Source: Elusimicrobiota bacterium (lineage in GTDB: Bacteria; Elusimicrobiota; Elusimicrobia; Elusimicrobiales; UBA9959). Taken from it: 64,000 nt of DNA. Numbering within the stretch: position 1 is the first letter of the stretch; each line of letters starts with the position of its first letter. This document shows, in pieces, positions 38,666 through 48,110 of this stretch. A program made the translations under genes and the position numbers. Below the pieces are notes generated by a model. It was not told the origin of the DNA. It worked only from the letters and a program-made list of their open reading frames with translations, and did not search any database. The stretch spans positions 19,688 to 83,687 of the forward strand of contig JAINCQ010000020.1 in assembly GCA_036574205.1 (NCBI GenBank), in the 5' to 3' direction.

Positions 38666-40690
38666 ATGAAAAATATTTTAGTATTCTTAATCATAGTCTT
38701 CCATTATTCTTTTTTAACTGCAGTTGAAGATTTAAACAAAATATATGAGGGAGCTGTAAATTCTTGGAAACACGGCAGGGTATCAGATGCAATTGGCGGA
38801 TTTGAATATATTGTTTATAATTCAACAGATGATGATATAACACTCAAGGCAGGAAGGGAACTGGTAACGCTTTTAAATGAAACGAATGAAAACTCTCTTG
38901 CTATCGCATATATAGATAAATTAAAAGCTATTTCCAAAAATGATCCATATCTTGAATTTGAAAAGGGGATTGCTCTTTATTCCTTAAATAAATATAAACA
39001 GGCTGAGGAATCTTTTGATAACATTTTTACTATGACATCAGATGAAGATCTGATATTTTTTTCAAGATTTATAAAATCAATGCTTGAAATGGATTTAAGT
39101 GGTTATGAAAAAGCATTGGATGAACTTCAGACTGTTTATAAAAGATATCCTGCGCTTCTTGCGCCGTCAACATATATGGTTTCTTATCTATATAAAAAAC
39201 TTGGGAAAAAAATGCCAGCTTTAAATTTCTTGAAAGACTCCTTAAAATACGATTCTCAAAACATTCAGGCTTTAATAGATTTAGCGCAAATCTATGATGA
39301 TGCATCTTACTACTTACCTGCCTGGCAGTCATATTTCACATTAAAACAATTAGACTATACAAATCCATATTTTGAAAAAAAATCTAATAAGCTTATAAAA
39401 AAACTTGGGAAAAAACCTGATGAAATATTTTACTGGTCAAGGCTTGGCTGGCCGGTGCATAACGAACCGCTTAAAAACACAAAAAAACTAACACCATTAA
39501 AAATAGGATTATACTGCGATAATTTAAAAAATCTTTCTTACCTTGATTCATTTTATTTTATATCCAACTCAGATTTTGAAATCTATGATAGTGTTTTAGG
39601 TAAAACATTTTCAGGTAAAAAAAATATGCAATATAAAGTTGAGTATATAAAGTCCAACAGGATATATGAACTTAAAGATAACTCAAATTCAAAACTATAC
39701 TCCACACGTGTTAATTTTGAAATAAGACTTAAAGATCCAAATGGGGTTATCCTTATCAAAAACCCATCTATTCTAAAAGATTTCTTTGGGGTTAACAGAA
39801 GCGATAAAGAGGTCTCTAATAAGATAGAGATTATCGTTTCAACAACTGGAATGAAATTAATAAATCATACTTATTTAGAACATATACTCCCATCAATTGT
39901 CTCTTCTATAAAAGGACCAAAAGAAACATATGAGGTTATAAAAGCGCTTACAATACTTGTAAGAACAAAATTAACTAAGGATATAACGGAGAAAAAAACA
40001 TATATACCTGACAATGATGATTTATTTGAATTTAAAGGTTTACAATATGAAAAAGAACAATATGTATCTGCCATGAATGAGACAGCTGATAGTATTTTGA
40101 TAGATAAAAATTCATCTATTTACAATGTTTTTTACTCCATAAACGCAGCAGGAATGACATACTCAAATGTAAATGATAATTCATCAAAACCAGAATATAT
40201 TACGCCATTTTCACTTTTTAAATGGTTAGCATTTGATTTCTTAAAAAAACCAGCATACTCTCTTCCCATAGATCAAACCCAGCTTTCTGAAGCTATATGG
40301 CTTTTGGTTCTTGAACCAAAATGGATTGAAGATAGGATAAATGAAAAGTATAAAGTTGGTAAGATAAAAAACATAATAGTTTTAAAAAGAGATGATTTTG
40401 GTATAGTAAAATCTATTAAAATAGAAGGGACAGCCGCTGATATTGAAATAAATGGAGAAAAGGAGATATCGAGATTTATTTCAGGGGGGGTATTAAGGTC
40501 AAATCTTTTTTTTATAAGACCAATTATGAAAGGCAATTTTCCACGCTTTTTTATTGTAAGAGGTGCAGGAACAGGTAATTTTAAAGGAATGTGTATATAT
40601 GGCGCAAATTACCTTGCCAAAAATATGGGCTATAAATATAATCAAATAATAAGACACTACTTCCCGGATGCAGTATTAAAGGAAAAATGA
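38666..40690 (+). CDS. TPR-containing SpoIID/LytB-family paralog with a degenerate catalytic signature
   Basis: Signal peptide, an N-terminal TPR-like helical repeat region and a C-terminal SpoIID-like region. That region aligns without gaps to the canonical paralog in this window (EHILPSIVSSIKGPKETYEVIKALTILVRTKLTK vs ERYLWGVLGPEMGVSWPIEALKAQAVAARTYTLK) and ends ...GAGTGNFKGMCIYGA...IIRHYFP. Confidence 0.65.
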   Translation: MKNILVFLIIVFHYSFLTAVEDLNKIYEGAVNSWKHGRVSDAIGGFEYIVYNSTDDDITLKAGRELVTLLNETNENSLAIAYIDKLKAISKNDPYLEFEKGIALYSLNKYKQAEESFDNIFTMTSDEDLIFFSRFIKSMLEMDLSGYEKALDELQTVYKRYPALLAPSTYMVSYLYKKLGKKMPALNFLKDSLKYDSQNIQALIDLAQIYDDASYYLPAWQSYFTLKQLDYTNPYFEKKSNKLIKKLGKKPDEIFYWSRLGWPVHNEPLKNTKKLTPLKIGLYCDNLKNLSYLDSFYFISNSDFEIYDSVLGKTFSGKKNMQYKVEYIKSNRIYELKDNSNSKLYSTRVNFEIRLKDPNGVILIKNPSILKDFFGVNRSDKEVSNKIEIIVSTTGMKLINHTYLEHILPSIVSSIKGPKETYEVIKALTILVRTKLTKDITEKKTYIPDNDDLFEFKGLQYEKEQYVSAMNETADSILIDKNSSIYNVFYSINAAGMTYSNVNDNSSKPEYITPFSLFKWLAFDFLKKPAYSLPIDQTQLSEAIWLLVLEPKWIEDRINEKYKVGKIKNIIVLKRDDFGIVKSIKIEGTAADIEINGEKEISRFISGGVLRSNLFFIRPIMKGNFPRFFIVRGAGTGNFKGMCIYGANYLAKNMGYKYNQIIRHYFPDAVLKEK

Positions 40691-41826
40691 AAATAATACA
40701 TGTTATAACAAAATTAGAGCTTGGTGGAGCACAACAAAATACTTTATGGACCTGTAAAAATTTAGATATAAATAAGTTTGATACTACTCTTGTCTGTGGT
40801 AAAGGTGGAATATTAGATAAAGATGCTCAAACTAATGTTTCAAAAATAATATTTTCAAAATATTTAGTAAGAGAAATATCACCATTCAAAGATATGATGG
40901 CTTTTTTTGAACTATTTTTCATATTTAAAAAGGAAAAGCCTGATATAATACATACTCATTCTTCCAAGGCTGGAATAATAGCAAGAATTGCTGCTTTTTT
41001 GGCAGGCGTTAAAAAAATTATTCATTCTTATCATGGTTTTGGTTTTAACAACTCTCAACCTGCTTTGATAAGGTATTTTTATATATTACTTGAAAAAATT
41101 TCTGCTATATATACTGATGCTTTTATATTTGTTTCAAATGATAACATAAAAACAGCAATGAAATATAAAATAGGTAATCCAGAACGATATAATTTAATAA
41201 GAAGTGGAATAAATCTATCAAAATTTTCAAAAGAAAAAGACTTTTCTTTCCTTGAAAATCTGGGAATAACAAAAAATAACTCAAAAATAATCTCCACAGT
41301 GGCAAATCTAAAGCCTCAAAAAAATCCTCATGATTTTATAAAAATAGCTGAACAGATAATCAAAAAAGGGATTGACGCATATTTTATATATGCTGGGGGA
41401 GGCAAAAATATAAATTATTTCAGAAAACTGGTTAACGAAATGGGAATTGCCACAAGATGCATTTTTGTTGATTGGGTTTCAGAACCATTTAAAGTTTATC
41501 GGGCATCAGATATCTTCCTTCTCACTTCTTTGTGGGAAGGACTTCCGCGAAGTCTTATTGAAGCAATTTGTAGCGGAGTCGTTCCAGTATGTTATAAAAC
41601 TGATGGGGTTAATGATATAATAATAGATGGAGTAAACGGCTTTATGGTTGAACAAAAAGATATTGCTAAAGCATCTTCAATAATAGAAAAACTCATCACA
41701 GACAATGAGTTTTATGAAAAGATAAAAAATAATGTATTGAAAACTAATCTTAATGAGTTTGATATAGACAATATGGTAAAAAAACAAGAAATTCTTTATA
41801 CAACTTTGATGGAAGAACATGCCTGA
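40687..41826 (+). CDS. Glycosyltransferase family 4 (GT-B, retaining)
   Basis: N-terminal KLELGGAQQ and the C-terminal EGLPRSLIEAICSGVVPV (E-x7-E region), 379 aa. Confidence 0.8.
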   Translation: MKIIHVITKLELGGAQQNTLWTCKNLDINKFDTTLVCGKGGILDKDAQTNVSKIIFSKYLVREISPFKDMMAFFELFFIFKKEKPDIIHTHSSKAGIIARIAAFLAGVKKIIHSYHGFGFNNSQPALIRYFYILLEKISAIYTDAFIFVSNDNIKTAMKYKIGNPERYNLIRSGINLSKFSKEKDFSFLENLGITKNNSKIISTVANLKPQKNPHDFIKIAEQIIKKGIDAYFIYAGGGKNINYFRKLVNEMGIATRCIFVDWVSEPFKVYRASDIFLLTSLWEGLPRSLIEAICSGVVPVCYKTDGVNDIIIDGVNGFMVEQKDIAKASSIIEKLITDNEFYEKIKNNVLKTNLNEFDIDNMVKKQEILYTTLMEEHA

Positions 41827-42757
41827 GATATCAATAATAGTACCAATATATAACGAAGCGGAAAATATATCCAATCTTTGTAAGGAGATTGCATCAGTTG
41901 AAATTGAAGATTTTGAGGTTTTGCTTGTAGACGATGGTAGCAAAGATGGAGGATGGGAATTGATAAAAGAAATTTCAAAAAAAGACAATAGATTTAAAGG
42001 AATAAAATTGTCCAGAAACTTTGGACAAACTGCTGCAATTAAAGCCGGGATTGAAAATGCAAAAGGAGATATAATAGTAACTATGGATGGTGATCTTCAA
42101 AACGATCCACAAGATATCCCGACACTTATATCATATGTAAGAAAAGGATATGATGTAGCAAGTGGATATAGAAAAAATAGAAAAGACCCGTTTTTAACAA
42201 GAGTTTTACCTTCTAAAATTGCAAACTATATAATATCAAAAATAACAGGGATTCATCTTAAAGATTATGGCTGCACACTGAAAGCATATAAAAAAGATAT
42301 ATTAAAAAAAATAGATTTATATGGAGAAATGCATAGATTTATACCGGCGCTTTGTGGATATGCAGGAGCAAATATAATTGAAATTGAAGTAAATCACAGG
42401 CCAAGGATGAGGGGAAAATCAAAATATGGGATATCCAGAATATTTAAAGTGATTCTGGATTTAATGATAGTCAAGTTTATGGGTAATTTTATAACAAAAC
42501 CAATTTATTTTTTTGGGTTCTTTTCAATAACATTTATATCTATTTCTTTCGCTTTTTTTTTGATAACTCTTTATAATAAATGGTATAATAATATTTTTGT
42601 GAAAGACCAGCCGCTTTTTTTGGTGGCAATCTTTCTTTCTCTTATAGGAATACAGCTTGGACTTATAGGTGTAATAGCTGAGATGCTTACAAGAATTTAT
42701 TATTCAAAAGAGAAAAAAGATTATTATATAAAAGAGACTACATATGATAAAAAATGA
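41819..42757 (+). CDS. Glycosyltransferase family 2, polyprenyl-phosphate sugar synthase type (ArnC/GtrB/DPM1-like) with two C-terminal TM helices
   Basis: SIIVPIYNEAENI, LLVDDGSKDG, the TMDGDLQNDP DxD region and a C-terminal hydrophobic pair. Confidence 0.8.
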   Translation: MPEISIIVPIYNEAENISNLCKEIASVEIEDFEVLLVDDGSKDGGWELIKEISKKDNRFKGIKLSRNFGQTAAIKAGIENAKGDIIVTMDGDLQNDPQDIPTLISYVRKGYDVASGYRKNRKDPFLTRVLPSKIANYIISKITGIHLKDYGCTLKAYKKDILKKIDLYGEMHRFIPALCGYAGANIIEIEVNHRPRMRGKSKYGISRIFKVILDLMIVKFMGNFITKPIYFFGFFSITFISISFAFFLITLYNKWYNNIFVKDQPLFLVAIFLSLIGIQLGLIGVIAEMLTRIYYSKEKKDYYIKETTYDKK

Positions 42758-43217
42758 ATTTATTTATGATTTTAAAAAAATATTCGAAAATGGAGGACTG
42801 TGCGAATCATTTGATATTAATATCGATTCATTCAAAGATTCTTTCAGCAATATGGTTCAACCTGAAAATATTTATGTGGAAATTGTTTTCTCTGTTTTAG
42901 ACAATTCTATATCTTTAAAAGGTAGAATAGAAGCTTCGGTCAAGCAATTATGTTCAAGATGTGGAATGCCTTTCAAAACTGTTTTAAAAGGTGATTTTGA
43001 AGATCTATATCCTACAGGTAATAATGAAATTGATATACAACCTTTGATAAGGGAAGCATTGACATTAAGCGAACCTATGAAAGCCATATGTTCTCCCAAT
43101 TGCAAGATGCAACATCTTGAGTATTTTGACTATAAAAGATTTGATATAAACGCTGAAAAACAAGGAGCTTATTATGCCAAATCCAAAACGAAAACACACA
43201 AGATCCAGAAGAGATAA
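42744..43217 (+). CDS. yceD: YceD/DUF177 family protein
   Basis: 157 aa with CxxC...C-x-x-x-C motifs and the conserved position immediately upstream of, and overlapping, rpmF. Confidence 0.65.
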   Translation: MIKNEFIYDFKKIFENGGLCESFDINIDSFKDSFSNMVQPENIYVEIVFSVLDNSISLKGRIEASVKQLCSRCGMPFKTVLKGDFEDLYPTGNNEIDIQPLIREALTLSEPMKAICSPNCKMQHLEYFDYKRFDINAEKQGAYYAKSKTKTHKIQKR

Positions 43218-43383
43218 AAGAAAATATCAGAGCTGGAAACTTGAATTAACAAATCTTTCCGTCTGTCCCAATTGTGGAGCTCTTAAAAAGCCGCATATTG
43301 TCTGCCCTTCATGTGGTTATTACAAGGGTAAGATAGTTATAAGCAAAAAGGATAAAAGCAAAGAAAACAAAGAAAACAAATAA
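43174..43383 (+). CDS. rpmF: 50S ribosomal protein L32
   Basis: MPNPKRKHTRSRRDKRK N-terminus, zinc ribbon CPNCG...CPSCG, and AAGGAG upstream. Confidence 0.9.
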   Translation: MPNPKRKHTRSRRDKRKYQSWKLELTNLSVCPNCGALKKPHIVCPSCGYYKGKIVISKKDKSKENKENK

Positions 43384-43398
43384 ATAGTCTATAAACCT

Positions 43399-44433
43399 AT
43401 GAAAATAGCTATAGATGCTCATGGTGGAGATTTTGGAATAAAACCTAATATTGAGGCAAGCATTAGGGCAGTAAAGGAATTGGATGTAGAAATAGCTATT
43501 GTCGGAAAAGACTCAGAAATAAGAGATGAATTCAAAAAAATAGGTTTCTCCAATTTACCACCCAGGATAACAATAGTAAATTCAACAGAAGTAATAGATA
43601 TGGGAAAAGAGCCTGTTGAAGAATGCAAACTTAAGCCAGATTCATCTATTATGGTAGGATGTGAACTTGTCTCTTCAAAAAAAGCTGATGCGTTTATATC
43701 CGCCGGGAATTCAGGAGCCATAATGGTGGCTTCATTACTTAAAATAGGGAGAATAAAAGGTGTTGCAAGACCCGCAATAGCTGTTTCATTCCCTACCGAA
43801 AAAGGCTTTTCGCTTCTTCTTGATGCTGGTGCAAATATGGATTGTCGTCCTTATCATATGTTTCAATTTGCAATAATGGGAAGTATATATGTAAAAAATA
43901 TAATGGGGATAGAAAAACCAAAAGTGGGAATACTCTCAATAGGTGAAGAGGAGACAAAAGGAAATTCAATAGTTATAGAAACAATTGGATTGCTTAAAAA
44001 TTGTTCTTCGATTGATTTCTATGGTCCTATTGAAGGAAGAGATATACCCTATCAGATAGTGGATGTTATAGTTACTGACGGTTTTACTGGCAATATAGTA
44101 TTAAAACTTTCTGAGGGATTGGCACGTTTTTTGTTTTCAAATATCAAAAAGGAAATAGACAAAAAATGGTTTTACAAAATCGGTGCTCTTATTCTTAAGA
44201 AAATATTTGTTGAACTAAAGAAAAAATCCGATCCTGATGAGTTTGGTGGAGCACCTCTGCTTGGAATAGATGGGATAGTCATTGTTAGCCATGGCAAATC
44301 TTCTTCCTACGCAATGTTTAACGCAATCAAAAATGCAAAAAATCTTATATCTCAAAATATTATAGAAAAAATAAAAAGTGAAATAGCAAAAACCCTTGAG
44401 GGAACAAAAACAGTAGTTTTATCAGAAGATTAG
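43399..44433 (+). CDS. plsX: Phosphate acyltransferase PlsX
   Basis: IAIDAHGGD N-terminus, FISAGNSGA, VTDGFTGNI and a GAPLLG-type motif, 344 aa. Confidence 0.9.
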   Translation: MKIAIDAHGGDFGIKPNIEASIRAVKELDVEIAIVGKDSEIRDEFKKIGFSNLPPRITIVNSTEVIDMGKEPVEECKLKPDSSIMVGCELVSSKKADAFISAGNSGAIMVASLLKIGRIKGVARPAIAVSFPTEKGFSLLLDAGANMDCRPYHMFQFAIMGSIYVKNIMGIEKPKVGILSIGEEETKGNSIVIETIGLLKNCSSIDFYGPIEGRDIPYQIVDVIVTDGFTGNIVLKLSEGLARFLFSNIKKEIDKKWFYKIGALILKKIFVELKKKSDPDEFGGAPLLGIDGIVIVSHGKSSSYAMFNAIKNAKNLISQNIIEKIKSEIAKTLEGTKTVVLSED

Positions 44434-44441
44434 GAGAATAA

Positions 44442-45185
44442 ATGGAAATACTCAAAGGAAAGGTTGCAATAATCACAGGGGCCGCCTCCGGAATAGGAAA
44501 GAGAATTGCGGAAAAATTTGCAGAAAGCAAGGCTAATCTAGTTCTTACTGACATAAATGATGATATCAAAGTTAGAGCGGAAGAATTAGCTAAAAATTAC
44601 TCTATTTCAGCAATAGGATTAAAGCATAATGTTTCTATTGAACAGCAATGTAAAGAGGTTGTTGAAAAAACTATTGAGATTTTTAAAAAAATAGATATAT
44701 TGATAAATAATGCAGGCATTACCCGGGATGGTTTAGCAATAAAAATGAAAGAAGAAGATTTTGACAGTGTAATATCGGTCAATTTAAAAGGTCCATTTCT
44801 TATGTCAAAACATTCATTTGTTTATATGTCAAAGCAAAGAAGCGGAAAGATAGTAAACATTTCTTCAATAGTTGGACAGACAGGACAGGCTGGACAGGCA
44901 AACTATTCAGCATCAAAGGCTGGACTTATAGGGCTTACAAAATCCCTTGCGAGAGAATTTGCAAGAAGGAATATTAATGTAAATGCAATTGCTCCAGGAT
45001 TTATAGCCACAAAAATGACAGAAAAGTTAGATGAAAAAGCTATTTCAACAATTATACAACAAATACCACTTCAAAGACTTGGTACGGTTGATGATGTGGC
45101 AAACCTTGCGCTTTTTTTATCATCGGATGAAAGCTCATACATAACAGGGCAGGTAATAGGGGTTAATGGTGGACTTTATATGTAA
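44442..45185 (+). CDS. fabG: 3-oxoacyl-[ACP] reductase
   Basis: SDR with ITGAASGIGK, NNAG, the Y-x3-K site (YSASKAG) and the C-terminal ITGQVIGVNGGLYM. Confidence 0.85.
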   Translation: MEILKGKVAIITGAASGIGKRIAEKFAESKANLVLTDINDDIKVRAEELAKNYSISAIGLKHNVSIEQQCKEVVEKTIEIFKKIDILINNAGITRDGLAIKMKEEDFDSVISVNLKGPFLMSKHSFVYMSKQRSGKIVNISSIVGQTGQAGQANYSASKAGLIGLTKSLAREFARRNINVNAIAPGFIATKMTEKLDEKAISTIIQQIPLQRLGTVDDVANLALFLSSDESSYITGQVIGVNGGLYM

Positions 45186-45189
45186 TTTT

Positions 45190-45219
45190 TTGCGATATAT
45201 ATTCTAAAAAAGGTATAAT
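45190..45219 (+). promoter_or_regulatory. Possible sigma-70-type promoter for acpP
   Basis: TTGCGA (45190-45195), an 18-nt spacer, TATAAT (45214-45219), then the GGGAGG SD before ATG 45252. Confidence 0.35.
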
Positions 45220-45251
45220 AATATTTTATATTAAAAGGGAGGAAAAAAAAG

Positions 45252-45503
45252 ATGGCGATGACAAGAGAAAATATAGCAGAGGAGATAAAAAAGCTTATAT
45301 CGGAATCAATCTCTACCGATATAAACGAAATAAAAGAAGATTCTAAATTTGTTGATGATCTGGGAGCAGATTCATTAGATATAGTAGAGCTTGTTATGGC
45401 GATGGAAACAAAGTTTGATATTGAAATACCGGATGAAGATGCTCAAAAAATAAAAACAGTGGGAGAAGCAATAGACTATATCTCCAAAAAACTTTCCAAA
45501 TAA
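45252..45503 (+). CDS. acpP: Acyl carrier protein
   Basis: [27 protein letters not shown] with the phosphopantetheine Ser, 83 aa. Confidence 0.95.
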   Translation: MAMTRENIAEEIKKLISESISTDINEIKEDSKFVDDLGADSLDIVELVMAMETKFDIEIPDEDAQKIKTVGEAIDYISKKLSK

Positions 45504-45509
45504 GTCAAG

Positions 45510-46181
45510 ATGTTTTTTGATTATAGCGAATTGGAAAAGAGGATAGGGTATTTTTTTAAAGACAAAAAATTGATAGACAAATCTTTAACTCATAAATCAT
45601 ATTCAATAGAAAGGAAAATTCTTTATAATAATGAAAGGCTTGAATTCCTTGGAGACAGCGTTATAGGTCTTATAGTTTCAGAATATTTAATCAAAAAATA
45701 TTCCGAAAAAGATGAAGGATATCTTTCTAAAATAAAATCCTATATGGTTTCTTCAAAAAATCTTTATAAATGGGCAAAAACAATAGAATTGGATAAATAC
45801 ATAAAACTTTCAAAAAGTGAAATTTCAAGCGGTGGTAGGCTTAACTCAAAGTTAATAGCAAATGCTTTTGAAGCATTTATAGGAGCGATATATCTGGATG
45901 GCGGGTTTGAATATGCCAAAAAATTTATAGAAAGATTAATAAAAGAGACAGGTAGTTTTTTGCCATCCGATTATAAATCAGAAATTCAGGAATATTGTCA
46001 GAAAAGATACAAAACCCTTCCCTACTACAAGTTAATTTCTCAAACAGGGCCCGATCATGAAAAACTTTTTAAAATCGCCCTTTTTATAAATAATCAGAAA
46101 ATATCCGAGGGGGAAGGGGCAAGCAAAAAAGAAGCAGAACAGGATGCTGCCAGAAAAGCTATTATTGCCATAGGATTATAA
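45510..46181 (+). CDS. rnc: Ribonuclease III
   Basis: NERLEFLGDSV catalytic signature, EAFIGAIYLDGG and a C-terminal dsRBD (GPDHEKLF...GASKKEAEQDAA). Confidence 0.9.
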   Translation: MFFDYSELEKRIGYFFKDKKLIDKSLTHKSYSIERKILYNNERLEFLGDSVIGLIVSEYLIKKYSEKDEGYLSKIKSYMVSSKNLYKWAKTIELDKYIKLSKSEISSGGRLNSKLIANAFEAFIGAIYLDGGFEYAKKFIERLIKETGSFLPSDYKSEIQEYCQKRYKTLPYYKLISQTGPDHEKLFKIALFINNQKISEGEGASKKEAEQDAARKAIIAIGL

Positions 46182-46202
46182 GAATACTATTTTGGAGGAA
46201 TT

Positions 46203-47414
46203 ATGTTATTTGAATTAACTGAAAACCAGAAAGAAATACAGAAGTTATCTAGAGATTTTGCTCATAACATACTCAAACCTCTTTCATATGAATATGATGA
46301 AAAAGAAGAGTTTCCAGAGGTTTTGTTCAAGCAATATAAAGACTCAGGTTTCTACTCTATAATCTATCCTGAAATTTATGGTGGTATAAATGGAGGTCTT
46401 ACCGGACTTTGCATATGTATTGAGGAGCTTTCTAAAATTGACGGATCTTTAACACTTTTACCAGCCACACATGCTCTTGGTGCAATTCCACTTATACTCT
46501 TTGCAAATGATAGCCAGAGGGAAAAACTTTTTCCACTTTTTGCCTCAGGACAGAAAATAGTAGCATTTGCTTTAACAGAACCTCAATCCGGTTCAGATGC
46601 AACTTCCATAACCACAGCAGCGAAAAAAGACGGAGATTATTATATTATTAATGGGATGAAACACTTTTGCTCTTCCGGAAATATATCAGATATATATGTC
46701 ATATTTGCCAAGACAGCACCTGAAAAAGGAGCAAGAGGTATTAGCTGTTTTTTTGTAGATAAAAACACCGAAGGTTTTAAAATAGGGAAAAAAGAAAAGA
46801 AACTTGGAATAAGGTCAAATCCAACCACAGAAATATATCTTGAAAATGTCAGGGTTCCAAAAGAAAATCTGATTGGAAAGGAAGGATTTGGAATATTTAT
46901 TCTACAGGAGACTTTTGATTATTCAAGACCAGGTGTTGCGGCCCAGGCAATTGGTATGGCAGAAGGAGCTTTAGATATTACAATTAAATACCTTAAAGAA
47001 AGAAAACAATTTGGTCAATCAGTTTTGTCATTTCAGGGCGTTTCTCATAAAATTGCAGAACTTGCTACAAAGCTTGAAGCCGCAAGGGCTTTTTTATATT
47101 CAATAGTTAAAAAAATGGATGAAACATATATTCCAGCTTTTGAAAATGCTATTAAAAACAAAACTCCTTTAAGAGATGAAATTAAAAAACTTTCCCCAAC
47201 CAGATGGACTAAATATTCTGCTATGATAAAACTTTATGCAAGTGATGTTGCTTTTGAAATATGTCAGGAGTGTGTTACTCTGTGTGGAGGGATTGGTTAT
47301 ATGAGGGACTTTGGACTTGAAAAATTTATGAGAGATGCAAAAGTCACACAAATATATGAAGGTGCAAATAACATTCAAAAAAATGAGATAGCTCTTGCTT
47401 TAACCAAAGAATAA
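46203..47414 (+). CDS. Acyl-CoA dehydrogenase (short-chain/butyryl-CoA type)
   Basis: ALTEPQSGSD, the catalytic-region YEGANNIQ and 403 aa. EtfBA is encoded 8 kb downstream. Confidence 0.85.
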   Translation: MLFELTENQKEIQKLSRDFAHNILKPLSYEYDEKEEFPEVLFKQYKDSGFYSIIYPEIYGGINGGLTGLCICIEELSKIDGSLTLLPATHALGAIPLILFANDSQREKLFPLFASGQKIVAFALTEPQSGSDATSITTAAKKDGDYYIINGMKHFCSSGNISDIYVIFAKTAPEKGARGISCFFVDKNTEGFKIGKKEKKLGIRSNPTTEIYLENVRVPKENLIGKEGFGIFILQETFDYSRPGVAAQAIGMAEGALDITIKYLKERKQFGQSVLSFQGVSHKIAELATKLEAARAFLYSIVKKMDETYIPAFENAIKNKTPLRDEIKKLSPTRWTKYSAMIKLYASDVAFEICQECVTLCGGIGYMRDFGLEKFMRDAKVTQIYEGANNIQKNEIALALTKE

Positions 47415-47510
47415 AATAATCTTCATATTAGTAATAATCCACTACCTAAATAAGAGGAAAAATTTAAGGGAGTTAACTTTAAACTTCAAAGAGATATATT
47501 AAAATCTTTT

Positions 47511-48110
47511 TCAAAATCCATTTTCTTTTAAAAAATCCAGTGTTATTTTTTTTTCTTCTTTGTTTAGATATTTAGCAATTATATCAAATTCTATGTTTAC
47601 AAAATCGCCTGTTTTTAAAAATTTTAAATTTGTTTTTTCATAAGTATGAGGAATTACCGCTACATCAAATATATTGCTTCTTAAATTAAATGGAGTAAGA
47701 CTTATTCCATTTATGGCTATTGAACCTTTTTCAGCTAAATATTTAAAATCTGAAACCTTAAAGCTAAAAACATATGAATCACTTTGTTTTTCTATATTAT
47801 AAATCCTGCCAAGTTCATCAATATGCCCGCTCAAGATATGACCACCTATTCTATCTCCAAGCTTTAATGCTCTTTCCATATTAACATATAATCCTGGCTT
47901 CAAATATTTAAAATTTGTCCTTTGATAAGTCTCGGGGCTTATATCAAATAGTATTTTTTTAGTATCAAAATCACTAACTGTAAGGCAGACCCCATTTATG
48001 CTAATGCTCTCTCCATCTTTAAGATCTTTGTAATGATTTTCAACAGTTATCTTTCTATCAGTTAATTTTATTATTCTTGAGATTTGTTCAACTATTCCGG
48101 TAAACATCAC
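47511..48110 (-). CDS. ribE: Riboflavin synthase (alpha chain)
   Basis: MFTGIVE N-terminus and duplicated lumazine-binding halves (GESISINGVCLTV / GSIAINGISLT). Confidence 0.9.
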   Translation of the reverse strand: MMFTGIVEQISRIIKLTDRKITVENHYKDLKDGESISINGVCLTVSDFDTKKILFDISPETYQRTNFKYLKPGLYVNMERALKLGDRIGGHILSGHIDELGRIYNIEKQSDSYVFSFKVSDFKYLAEKGSIAINGISLTPFNLRSNIFDVAVIPHTYEKTNLKFLKTGDFVNIEFDIIAKYLNKEEKKITLDFLKENGF

